Part shown: piece by piece, positions 8,683-16,822 of the stretch | Position numbering within the stretch: position 1 is the stretch's first letter | How the letters are laid out: every line of letters begins with the position of its first letter | Source of the DNA: an uncultured Candidatus Saccharibacteria bacterium | Lineage (GTDB): Bacteria; Patescibacteriota; Minisyncoccia; UBA6257; 2-01-FULL-56-20 | Length of the DNA stretch: 34,969 nucleotides | NCBI GenBank assembly: GCA_964639165.1 | Contig: CAZXCH010000001.1 | Coordinates: forward strand, 1 to 34,969 | Direction of reading: 5' to 3' | Translations under genes and position numbers: made by a program | The notes under the pieces: model-generated | Databases searched by the model: none | The model's input: only the letters and a program-made list of their open reading frames with translations | What the model was told of the DNA's origin: nothing

Positions 8683-10026
8683 ATGAAACGCTATCTCTAC
8701 ATCATCATCGGCATCGTGGTTGCGGCAGTGATCGTAATTTTGGTTCTTTTCTTGATCAAAAATCGTGCGGCTGGACCTTCTCTCGTTACGTCGGGCACGG
8801 GGTCTCTGCCCGCCGCCAACACGCAGGGCATTGGCGGTTCCTCGTCGACGGGGAGCGAAAGTAGTGGTAGCGGGACACTTGGCCTTGCGGTCATAACGGG
8901 GAGCAGTACGGCCGCCGCGAGCGGACAGATGACCCCGCAGAAGTTTGGTGTCTTATCGAACAATCCGGTCCTTACTTATTTCGTCGATCCACACAACAAC
9001 ATAACCGCCATTGAGCCGACGGGCGAGATATTCACTATCTCAAACGGACAATCCACTATAGTGAACTCTTCAACGATCAACGACATCATTTCTGCAAGTT
9101 TCTCGTATGACGGTAAAAAAATACTCGTAAACTATGGCGCCTCTTCTAACCCGCAATCGGGGGTGTTCGATCTTGCGGCAAACACGTGGACATCGCTTCC
9201 GCAAGGCATGACGTCTCCTCAATGGTCGCCCGTCAGCAACTACCAGATCGCATATCTCGTGACTACCAACAACGGAAAGCTCGCGCTCGCGACTATAGAC
9301 GCCTCAAATCTTAAAGCAGCCCCTTCGGTCCTTCTTTCACTCAATGCGAACGACATCGCCCTCCAGTGGCCGACAAAAAGCGAATTTATCCTCTCGGACA
9401 GGCCGACGTCAAAGAGCCTTGGTTCGGTGTGGGCATTCAATTCTCTAACGGGGACGTTCTCCCCGGTTCTCTACGAGGTTTCTGGCGCAGAAAGCACCTG
9501 GAGTAATAATGTCGCGTTCCCCTATGGACTTCTATTCTCCACCGCAAACGGAGGGAATCGCTTGCAGTTGCAGGCGCTTTCAGGACCTCTTCCCATTGAG
9601 TCGCTTACTTTTGCCACGCTTCCGTCAAAATGCACATTTAATACCGAGCTGATGCCCATCGCCACATCCACGACTGCCACTTCTTCAACAAGCACAACAA
9701 CGTCAACGGCCACTTCATCCACAAAGAAGGCAACGACACCCGCGAAGGCTGCTCCAACCTCTACCCCGTACCTTGCACTTTATTGCGGCATCCCGCGAAG
9801 TTCAAGCGGGTTCTCTTCTGCGCATCTTCCCGATGATTATAATATGATGGCTCTCTTTACTTCGGACAATCTCTATAAGGTGAACACTGAGACGGGAGTG
9901 ATACAACCGCTTTGGAACTCCCCAACGCAGAACATGGACGTCTCGGATCTGAAATTCTTCAATAACGCGCTGTTCTTCGTCAACCGCTACGATAATAAAT
10001 TGTACGGACTCACATTCGCTAATTAA
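8683..10026 (+). CDS. N-terminally anchored surface protein with a beta-propeller-like (TolB-like) body and a Thr/Ser-rich insert
   Basis: TM anchor YLYIIIGIVVAAVIVILVLFLI, then an S/G linker and repeated FSYDGKKIL / WSP-type strands. A low-complexity stretch reads ATSTTATSSTSTTTSTATSS. TATAAT at 8671-8676 lies exactly 6 nt before the ATG. Confidence 0.55.
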   Translation: MKRYLYIIIGIVVAAVIVILVLFLIKNRAAGPSLVTSGTGSLPAANTQGIGGSSSTGSESSGSGTLGLAVITGSSTAAASGQMTPQKFGVLSNNPVLTYFVDPHNNITAIEPTGEIFTISNGQSTIVNSSTINDIISASFSYDGKKILVNYGASSNPQSGVFDLAANTWTSLPQGMTSPQWSPVSNYQIAYLVTTNNGKLALATIDASNLKAAPSVLLSLNANDIALQWPTKSEFILSDRPTSKSLGSVWAFNSLTGTFSPVLYEVSGAESTWSNNVAFPYGLLFSTANGGNRLQLQALSGPLPIESLTFATLPSKCTFNTELMPIATSTTATSSTSTTTSTATSSTKKATTPAKAAPTSTPYLALYCGIPRSSSGFSSAHLPDDYNMMALFTSDNLYKVNTETGVIQPLWNSPTQNMDVSDLKFFNNALFFVNRYDNKLYGLTFAN

Positions 10027-10040
10027 TAAGGCCTTGGAAT

Positions 10041-10075
10041 AAAAAACACCCGCTTCATCGTCGGGTGTTTTTTAT
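10041..10075. terminator. bidirectional intrinsic terminator between convergent genes
   Basis: AAAAAACACCCG-cttcatcgt-CGGGTGTTTTTT, with an A-run and a T-run flanking the GC stem. Confidence 0.75.
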
Positions 10076-10509
10076 TCCAATATCGGCTTGATGATGACAT
10101 ATCGTTCCTTTCCCTCGCCCGCACTTTCGGTCTTCACCTCCGGGTGGACAGCAAGTTCCATATGCACCAATCTGCGTTCGTATGAGTTCATCGCCGGAAG
10201 CGCGACTTCCTTCTTTGTGACGGCCGCCTTCTTCGCCGCAGCGCGGGCGAGTTCCGCGATCAGTCGCTCGCGGTCGTGCCGGTAGTTATTGATGTCAAGA
10301 AATATCGCTTCGGTCTGATTTTTTTTGGCCACCATCTGGAGGATATGGTTCACCGCATCCACGATTGCCGGGAGGTTTTCCTTCACCATCTCTTGGTCCT
10401 CGTAGATAAAAACCGATCCCCTCCTCTCGTCTATTTTGATCTCCAAACGATAATCGGTGAACCCGATGAGGTCTAATGTTTTTTTAATGTATGATTCCCA
10501 GTTGTCCAT
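10072..10509 (-). CDS. jag: Jag/KhpB-type KH + R3H RNA-binding protein
   Basis: R3H motif region (ERRLVHMELAVHPEVKTESAGEGKERYVIIKP). It occupies the conserved position downstream of yidC. Confidence 0.75.
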   Translation of the reverse strand: MDNWESYIKKTLDLIGFTDYRLEIKIDERRGSVFIYEDQEMVKENLPAIVDAVNHILQMVAKKNQTEAIFLDINNYRHDRERLIAELARAAAKKAAVTKKEVALPAMNSYERRLVHMELAVHPEVKTESAGEGKERYVIIKPILE

Positions 10510-10557
10510 GCGTTCCCGTAACTATTCCATGTTTTCCCAATAAAATCAAGCTTGATA

Positions 10558-10616
10558 GGCAAAATATCCTCTTCGCCGAACGGTCATCTGCCCGGAGGCG
10601 AAGAGGATATTTTGCC
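10558..10616 (-). repeat. perfect 20-bp hairpin with a 19-nt loop (conserved-loop hairpin, copy 1)
   Basis: 10558-10577 is the exact reverse complement of 10597-10616. The loop on the sense (minus) strand is TCCGGGCAGATGACCGTTC. The hairpin lies 10 nt downstream of the yidC stop. Confidence 0.9.
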
Positions 10617-10626
10617 GTACCGGGCG

Positions 10627-11340
10627 TTATACGCCGTACTTTTTCTGCAAATGCTTGTTCACGAAGTACTGCTGGACGGCGGAAAAGAGCGCACTCATAA
10701 GCCAATAGAGACTGAGGGCGGCAGGGAAATTATAGAAAACGAGGATGGTGATGATCGGACCGACGAACACCATCTGGCGGGCGATCTTTTCCGCCTGCGT
10801 CGGCGCGCTCGTGTTATTAGGGTTGCGATAAATGGCGAGGCGCGCTTGAAGATATTGCGCGAGGGCGGCCGCGAGAATGAGGATAAGATTAGGATTCGCG
10901 AGATTGATAAAACCAAGGAAGACGGTATTTATTTTTTCTGGCGTCGCGATGAAGGAATAAAGTCCCGTCAGTTGAGCGGTGCCGACGCCCGAACGGATGA
11001 CCCAGTAGAAGGTGAGAAGGATCGGGATTTGGATGATGAGAAGCAATATCCCGGAGAAAGGATTGACGCCGTGTTCTTTGTAGAGCTCCATCAACGCCTT
11101 TGCCTGCTGATCACGGTCGTCTTTGTGTTTCGTCTGGATATCTTTTATCTTCGGCTGAATGCGCTGCATCAGCATTTGCTGTTTCGCCCCGGTATGGAAG
11201 AACGGATAGAGGATGAGGCGGATAAAAAGCGTCACTAATATGATCGCGATGCCGAGATCGTGGAACCCAATCGTTTGATAGAAAAAAATAAGTAGGTTGA
11301 GGATTGGCCGGTAGAGTATCTGCTGATAAAGATAGACCAT
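10627..11340 (-). CDS. yidC: membrane protein insertase YidC (short form)
   Basis: 237 aa with 5 TM helices. YidC/Oxa1-type sequence and the conserved rnpA-yidC-jag order. Confidence 0.85.
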   Translation of the reverse strand: MVYLYQQILYRPILNLLIFFYQTIGFHDLGIAIILVTLFIRLILYPFFHTGAKQQMLMQRIQPKIKDIQTKHKDDRDQQAKALMELYKEHGVNPFSGILLLIIQIPILLTFYWVIRSGVGTAQLTGLYSFIATPEKINTVFLGFINLANPNLILILAAALAQYLQARLAIYRNPNNTSAPTQAEKIARQMVFVGPIITILVFYNFPAALSLYWLMSALFSAVQQYFVNKHLQKKYGV

Positions 11341-11345
11341 AATTT

Positions 11346-11666
11346 TTATTTTAATTGTGCTTTCGTAAATGCTTTGGCAAGTTCTTCTTGAAACTGCTTT
11401 TTCGTAAGGCGATTCACGCCACGCGAAACTATTATAAGGATATCATTTCCCGTTGTCGTTTGATTCCTAAGCCCGGCCAACACCTGTCTCTTCCAAAAAT
11501 TTCTTTTTACCGCTGTTTTATGGACCGACATCCCCACCACCACACCGATCCGCGCGTTCCCGACGGTGTTCTTTTTTGTTTTTAACAGGAAAAACGGGGT
11601 TGGGATTGTCTTATATCCTTTCGCCCGAAACTGATCCGAGGAGAGACGCGCTGTTTTAGCGGCCAT
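11346..11666 (-). CDS. rnpA: ribonuclease P protein component
   Basis: The motif HKTAVKRNFWKRQV matches the RNase P protein RNR motif. It lies directly downstream of rpmH. Confidence 0.85.
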   Translation of the reverse strand: MAAKTARLSSDQFRAKGYKTIPTPFFLLKTKKNTVGNARIGVVVGMSVHKTAVKRNFWKRQVLAGLRNQTTTGNDILIIVSRGVNRLTKKQFQEELAKAFTKAQLK

Positions 11667-11684
11667 AAAGGCAGGAAAAGCGTT

Positions 11685-11819
11685 TTATACGGCTAATTTC
11701 TTCCTTCCCTTCGCGCGGCGACGGGAAAGAACGCGGCGGCCGGTAGGCGTTGCCTGGCGGACCAAAAAGCCGTGAGTTGTCTTTCGTTTTTTCTTCTTGG
11801 GGTTGTATGTGAACGACAT
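11685..11819 (-). CDS. rpmH: 50S ribosomal protein L34
   Basis: Hand translation gives [44 protein letters not shown] (44 aa). It is too short for the ORF track, and the overlapping 161-aa ORF 11656-12141 is spurious. Confidence 0.9.
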   Translation of the reverse strand: MSFTYNPKKKKRKTTHGFLVRQATPTGRRVLSRRRAKGRKKLAV

Positions 11820-11826
11820 TCCCTCG

Positions 11827-11854
11827 ATGATACCACATCGTTTTTAAAAAGCAA
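11827..11854 (-). promoter_or_regulatory. rpmH promoter; -10 lies 7 nt from the ATG
   Basis: The minus strand reads TTGCTT-16 nt-TATCAT-7 nt-ATG. Confidence 0.5.
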
Positions 11855-11987
11855 AACATCACACCGTGGCGTTTTCCCGCTCTCCCCATGTAATCCCCAG
11901 GAAAGGAACTTTTCTGCCTTTCCCTCGCCTTTGACTTGTTCCCTGGAAGAGATAATAATGAATCCACAAACTTAATTATTTTTAACC

Positions 11988-13343
11988 ATGGACCTTGAAC
12001 AAATGTGGCAGTCGACGTTGGGGGAGATGGAGGTTCAACTGACGAAGGCGCATTTTGCGACGTGGTTAAAAAACAGCCGACCGATCGATAAAAAAGATGA
12101 TACGCTATTTGTCGCGCTCCCAAGTAATTTTGCGAAAACATGGGTAGAGGAAAAATATCAGAAAAATATCATCGGCATCGTCCGGAACATGGACACGTCG
12201 GTCAAAAAGATAGAATTTGTGGTGGGAAATAAGAGCCTCCCCCCCAGCAAGGCCGACGCCGCCACAAAAGACACGCCAAACAGCACCGGCGCCGAGCTTG
12301 ATTTCAATAAAACCGATCCGGAAACAGGGCTGAACCCAAAATATACCCTCTCCTCGTTCGTTGTCGGCCCTTCGAATGAACTCGCGTTCGCCGCTGCCGC
12401 AGCGATCACGGAAGGCCCCGGCAAAAAATATAATCCATTCTTTATTTATGGCGGCGTCGGCTTGGGAAAAACACATCTTATCCAAGCGATTGGTAATGAA
12501 ATCGTCGCAAAATATAAAAACAAGATAAAACCCAAATACGTTTCCTCGGAACAGTTCACGCGCGATATTGTGTGGGGGTTGCGAAACGACCGCATCGAGA
12601 GCGTAAAGAAAAAATATCGCGACGTTGATGTGTTGATCATCGACGACATCCAATTCATAGGGGGGAAAGAAAAGACCGAAGAAGAGTTTTTCCATACTTT
12701 TAACGCTCTCTACGAAAGCAACAAACAGATCATTATTTCATCCGACCGGCCGCCACAATCACTGCCAACCCTCCAGGAACGCCTTAGGTCGCGTTTTGAA
12801 GGCGGCCTTATCACCGATGTGTCTTACCCGGAATACGAGATGCGCGTAGCGATCATCCGCAGCAAACTTCAGGAGATGAACCGGAAACTCTCCGATCCGG
12901 TAGTGGATCTCATCGCGAAGAAGCTCAGAAAGAACATCCGGGAATTGGAGGGGGTCCTTAAAAAGATCATATTTTATGAGGAACGGAAGCAGACCGAGAT
13001 CAGTATTAAGATGGCCGAGGAGATCATCGAAAAGACTACCCAAAACCTATCAAAAAGGGTTGCCGACTCCCAAATATTGAAAGCGGTCGCCGAGTTCTTT
13101 GGCATCACCGTGGAGGATCTTGTAAGCCATAATCGCCGTAAAGAAGTGGTGGAGCCACGTCAGATTGCAATCTATCTTCTTCGGGATATCTCGGACCTTT
13201 CCTATCCGTATATTGGTGAGAAGCTGGGGAGAGATCACACCACAGCCATCCACTCCTACGAAAAGATCAACCAGGAAATCAACAGGAATCCCGCACTTAA
13301 TCAAAAGATATTAACAATAAAGGATATCATTTATAAGAGTTAA
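11988..13343 (+). CDS. dnaA: chromosomal replication initiator DnaA
   Basis: Walker A is GGVGLGKTHL and Walker B is VLIIDDIQF. The C-terminal DNA-binding domain contains HTTAIHSYEKI. Confidence 0.95.
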   Translation: MDLEQMWQSTLGEMEVQLTKAHFATWLKNSRPIDKKDDTLFVALPSNFAKTWVEEKYQKNIIGIVRNMDTSVKKIEFVVGNKSLPPSKADAATKDTPNSTGAELDFNKTDPETGLNPKYTLSSFVVGPSNELAFAAAAAITEGPGKKYNPFFIYGGVGLGKTHLIQAIGNEIVAKYKNKIKPKYVSSEQFTRDIVWGLRNDRIESVKKKYRDVDVLIIDDIQFIGGKEKTEEEFFHTFNALYESNKQIIISSDRPPQSLPTLQERLRSRFEGGLITDVSYPEYEMRVAIIRSKLQEMNRKLSDPVVDLIAKKLRKNIRELEGVLKKIIFYEERKQTEISIKMAEEIIEKTTQNLSKRVADSQILKAVAEFFGITVEDLVSHNRRKEVVEPRQIAIYLLRDISDLSYPYIGEKLGRDHTTAIHSYEKINQEINRNPALNQKILTIKDIIYKS

Positions 13344-13476
13344 TCCCGTCGCTATCCACACACACAACGCCGCGTAGAGCTTATTAGTATTGAATAATAA
13401 AAAATTATCCCCAGAAATATTCATTACTAATAACAATAATCATAAAAAGTATTTAAATATAAACTATAATTAAGAG
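13344..13476. other. putative oriC / DNA-unwinding region in the dnaA-dnaN spacer
   Basis: DnaA-box-like sites CTATCCACA (13352-13360) and TTATCCCCA (13405-13413). About 95 bp is strongly AT-rich (13381-13476). The gene context is the canonical origin arrangement. Confidence 0.5.
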
Positions 13477-14589
13477 ATGAAATTTATCGCGATACGGGCA
13501 AACATCAAGGATGCTATTTCAGTGATTGAGAAAGCGGTTGGGGAAAACACCAACCTCCCAATATTGAAAAATATTCTTATTGAGGCGGAGGATAACACCA
13601 TTACTTTTACCGCCACCAATCTTGAAATTGCGATAACGCACCGTGTCGCGGGAAAGGTGATTGAGAACGGGAAACTAACCATCCCACTTACCCTTTTTTC
13701 AAGCCTTATTGGGAACATCCAAAGTGACCGGTTGAATTTTGAGAAAAAGGAAAGTAACCTCGAGATTGCCACGGATAATTACAGCGCGGTGATCAATGGT
13801 ATGCCGGCCGACGATTTCCCCATCACCCCAAAAATAAAAAATCTTGAAAATTATATCGAGATAAAAAGCGTTTTTCTTAAAGAAGCCATCCAGCAAGTTA
13901 CGGTCGCGTCGCAATATTCAGACCTTCGCCCGGAACTAAACAGCGTCTTGTTTAATTTCTCACTCGAAAACCTCATACTTGCCTCCACTGATGGTTTCCG
14001 TTTGGCGGAAAAATCCATCCCATCGAATATTTTTAGCGTAAAAGGGAAAGAGCCGTTCAAAATACTCATCCCGCTCAGGACGAGCCTTGAGGCCGCGAGG
14101 ATTATGCGCGACGACGAAGTGGTGCGGATATACCAGGATGAGAACCAAGTTCTGTTTAAAACCGATCAAACCGAGATGATATCCCGCCTGGTGGAGGGTA
14201 GCTTCCCGGACTATTCCGCGATCGTTCCCCATGAGTTCGCTGCGGAAATCGTGGTGGAGCGGGACGAATTTTTAAGCGCGATAAAGCTCGCCGGTGTGTT
14301 TGGGCAAAAAAACAGCGAGGTAAAAATAAAGATCCATCAGAATAAGAAAGCGATAGAGATCAATTCGGCGGATCAAGCGCTCGGTGAGAACAATCATATT
14401 CTTCCGGCAAAAATAAAAGGCGATATTCCCGAGGTATTTTTCAATTGGCGCTATCTTTCCGATCCGATGAAGGGCATTAAAGCGGAAGACGTGTTCCTCG
14501 GCCTTCAGGAGGATGCGGGCCCGGCACTTATCCGTTCGGTGAGCGATCAATCGTATTATTACGTCCTCAAGCCTATTTTAAAATCCTAA
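13477..14589 (+). CDS. dnaN: DNA polymerase III beta sliding clamp
   Basis: 370 aa with a typical clamp N-terminus (LPILKNILIEAEDNTITFTATNLEIAI). It follows dnaA. TATAAT at 13465-13470 lies exactly 6 nt before the ATG. Confidence 0.9.
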   Translation: MKFIAIRANIKDAISVIEKAVGENTNLPILKNILIEAEDNTITFTATNLEIAITHRVAGKVIENGKLTIPLTLFSSLIGNIQSDRLNFEKKESNLEIATDNYSAVINGMPADDFPITPKIKNLENYIEIKSVFLKEAIQQVTVASQYSDLRPELNSVLFNFSLENLILASTDGFRLAEKSIPSNIFSVKGKEPFKILIPLRTSLEAARIMRDDEVVRIYQDENQVLFKTDQTEMISRLVEGSFPDYSAIVPHEFAAEIVVERDEFLSAIKLAGVFGQKNSEVKIKIHQNKKAIEINSADQALGENNHILPAKIKGDIPEVFFNWRYLSDPMKGIKAEDVFLGLQEDAGPALIRSVSDQSYYYVLKPILKS

Positions 14590-16718
14590 TTAGGGTAACC
14601 ATTCGCCCGCGCCCAATTTTCCACCCCTAACTCCCAATTATTGTATTGGGGATCCATCGCGGGATTTGTCGGATCTACTCCGGTCGGATCATTTTTATCA
14701 ACATAGTAAAGAATATCGTGCACTTGTCCGTTAATGACATATTGTCCGGTTAAAACCGGCTTTGTCGCGTTTGTCGGATCGGGTTGTGTAAAGGTCGTGT
14801 TGGGGACCTCGGGGAGCGCTTGGGTCATAAATGCGTTCCACATCGGCACTGCCGCTAAAATACTGGATCCTGCACGCTGCATCGCCGTGTCATTGTTGTT
14901 GCCCGCCCAAACTCCGACAACAAGCGATGGTGTATAGCCCATTGCCCACGCATCTTTATAGTCGTTTGATGTCCCCGTTTTTAGCGCCACGTCATAGCCG
15001 GAAAATACGGTGAGATTTTGGCTTGCGCCCATGAGGGGTGCGCGGGCGGCGTTATCAGAAAGGATGTCATTCACCAAACTCACCGACTGCGCGTCCGCTA
15101 CCTGCGTCGCTTGATCCTGATAAGACTCCAGTGTGTTCCCGTTTGCATCCTGCACGGAGAGGATCATCGCCTGCGCGTGGTGCGTGCCGTCTTGTGAAAG
15201 GACAGAATAGGCCTCAGTGAGGTCTATCAACTTCACCGCGCCACCGCCGAGCACAAGAGAGAGGCCGTAATTTGCGGGATCGGTCAGGGTTGTTAAGCCA
15301 AAATTATAAGCATTCTCAATGGCGTTCTTTTCTCCGACCAAATAAAGCATTTTTACCGCGGGGACGTTCACTGATTGTGCGAGTGCGTCGCGTATGGACA
15401 GCGGTCCGGCGAACGTCCCTTCGAAATCCTGCGGGTGGAAGCATTTTGTGTTTGTTGAGGTATAGTCGGGAACGGCCGGGCACGAAGAATTCATGCTGAA
15501 TTCTGTGGGTACGTCAAATAATATCGTGTCGGGGGTATACCCCATTTGGAATGCGGTCATATAAACGAACGGCTTCAATGATGATCCCGGTTGGCGAAGT
15601 CCCTGGGTCGCTACGTCAAAATTTCCGTCATTGGAAGTATCGAAGTAGTCTGCGGACCCGACAAGCGCCAGAATTTGCCCGGTAGTGGGGTCTTCTGCCA
15701 CCAGAGCGCCATTCGTCGCTTTGTAGAGTTGCGTGTTGCGTGCGACGCCCGCAGTGACCGCCGTTTCCGCTTGTTGTTGCATCGTCCAGTTTAGCGTCGT
15801 GATCACTTTGAGGCCGCCATTATCAACTTCATTCTCGCCATATTTTTGCACAAGATAATTTTCCACTGCCATCACAAAATGTGGCGCTCTAATTCCGGAC
15901 CCCGTTGCCGACTGTGGCTGGAAGACGATCTTAAAGTTCTGGGCGGCGGTCAATTGGGACTTTGTGATCTTGCCGGTGTTATACATCTGCTGAAGGACCA
16001 ATTTTTGGCGTTGAAGGAGCTCGCTCACGTGCGTGCCCCACGGCGAGTAATATGTCGGTGCCTGGGGAAGCGCGGCGAGAACGGCGCTTTGGGCAACATT
16101 AAGTTGGCCCACCGGGACGCCGAAGTAATCCATAGATGCTTCGCCCACGCCCGAGATATTTGGACCATAAGGCACTTCGTTTAAATATAAGGCGAGTATT
16201 TGATCCTTTGAATAATATTCATTCAATTTGACCGCAAGGATGAACTCCCTGATTTTGCGCGAGATTGTCTGGTCGAGCGTAAGAAATGCGGTGCGCGCGA
16301 GTTGTTGAGTAAGGGTAGACCCTCCTTCCGCGAATGAGTGGGTGGTGATATCAACAAAAAGGGCGCGCAGAATTCCTTTTATATCGAATGCCGGCTCGTT
16401 ATAAAACTGCTGGTCTTCAATGGCAATCGTCGCATCCTTGACGCTCTGTGGAATCTGGTCAAAAGAGACCAATGTGCGTTTTTGCCCGTTATTTATATCA
16501 TAAAGCAGCACCGCGCCCGTCCTATCATAGATCTTCGTCGACTGGCCGATTTCCTGGCTGCCGATTTCCTGGATGGAGGGTACGGTTTTTGCGAAATAAA
16601 GCACGGCGAGGCAGATCGCAATGAAGCACGTCGCCACAACAACCCCCGCTATCTGGAGGATTTTGATATACCGCTTCTTTTTTGGGCTGGAGAGCTTGCT
16701 TGAGGGGCTTTTCATCAT
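14586..16718 (-). CDS. class A penicillin-binding protein (glycosyltransferase + transpeptidase)
   Basis: GT51 motifs (IAIEDQQFYNEP, RKIREFILAVKLN) and transpeptidase motifs SSLKP and KTGTS. N-terminal TM anchor. The 3' end overlaps dnaN by 4 bp in convergent orientation. Confidence 0.9.
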   Translation of the reverse strand: MMKSPSSKLSSPKKKRYIKILQIAGVVVATCFIAICLAVLYFAKTVPSIQEIGSQEIGQSTKIYDRTGAVLLYDINNGQKRTLVSFDQIPQSVKDATIAIEDQQFYNEPAFDIKGILRALFVDITTHSFAEGGSTLTQQLARTAFLTLDQTISRKIREFILAVKLNEYYSKDQILALYLNEVPYGPNISGVGEASMDYFGVPVGQLNVAQSAVLAALPQAPTYYSPWGTHVSELLQRQKLVLQQMYNTGKITKSQLTAAQNFKIVFQPQSATGSGIRAPHFVMAVENYLVQKYGENEVDNGGLKVITTLNWTMQQQAETAVTAGVARNTQLYKATNGALVAEDPTTGQILALVGSADYFDTSNDGNFDVATQGLRQPGSSLKPFVYMTAFQMGYTPDTILFDVPTEFSMNSSCPAVPDYTSTNTKCFHPQDFEGTFAGPLSIRDALAQSVNVPAVKMLYLVGEKNAIENAYNFGLTTLTDPANYGLSLVLGGGAVKLIDLTEAYSVLSQDGTHHAQAMILSVQDANGNTLESYQDQATQVADAQSVSLVNDILSDNAARAPLMGASQNLTVFSGYDVALKTGTSNDYKDAWAMGYTPSLVVGVWAGNNNDTAMQRAGSSILAAVPMWNAFMTQALPEVPNTTFTQPDPTNATKPVLTGQYVINGQVHDILYYVDKNDPTGVDPTNPAMDPQYNNWELGVENWARANGYPN

Positions 16719-16775
16719 AAGAAGTCCCTTTATTTTACCTCTTTTCCTCTTTTTCGTCCCGATTTTTTAATTTTG

Positions 16776-16816
16776 AGATAAAAAACACCCCATGCTTAGA
16801 AAAGCATGGGGTGTTT
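16776..16816 (-). terminator. intrinsic terminator (15-bp stem, T-run on the minus strand)
   Basis: AAACACCCCATGCTT-agaa-AAGCATGGGGTGTTT, followed on the minus strand by TTTTTTATCTC. Confidence 0.8.
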
Positions 16817-16822
16817 GGGCTG

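Noticed and set aside
8930-8942. A partial match (ACAGATGACCCC) to the conserved hairpin-loop sequence inside the 8683 gene.
   Set aside because: Only 9 nt are shared, it is flanked by a 4-bp inverted repeat at best, and it lies in coding sequence (SGQMTPQ). It is probably coincidental.
10552-11238. A 228-aa plus-strand ORF opposite yidC.
   Set aside because: It is an antisense shadow of a well-supported yidC gene. Its 5' end is created by the hairpin region.
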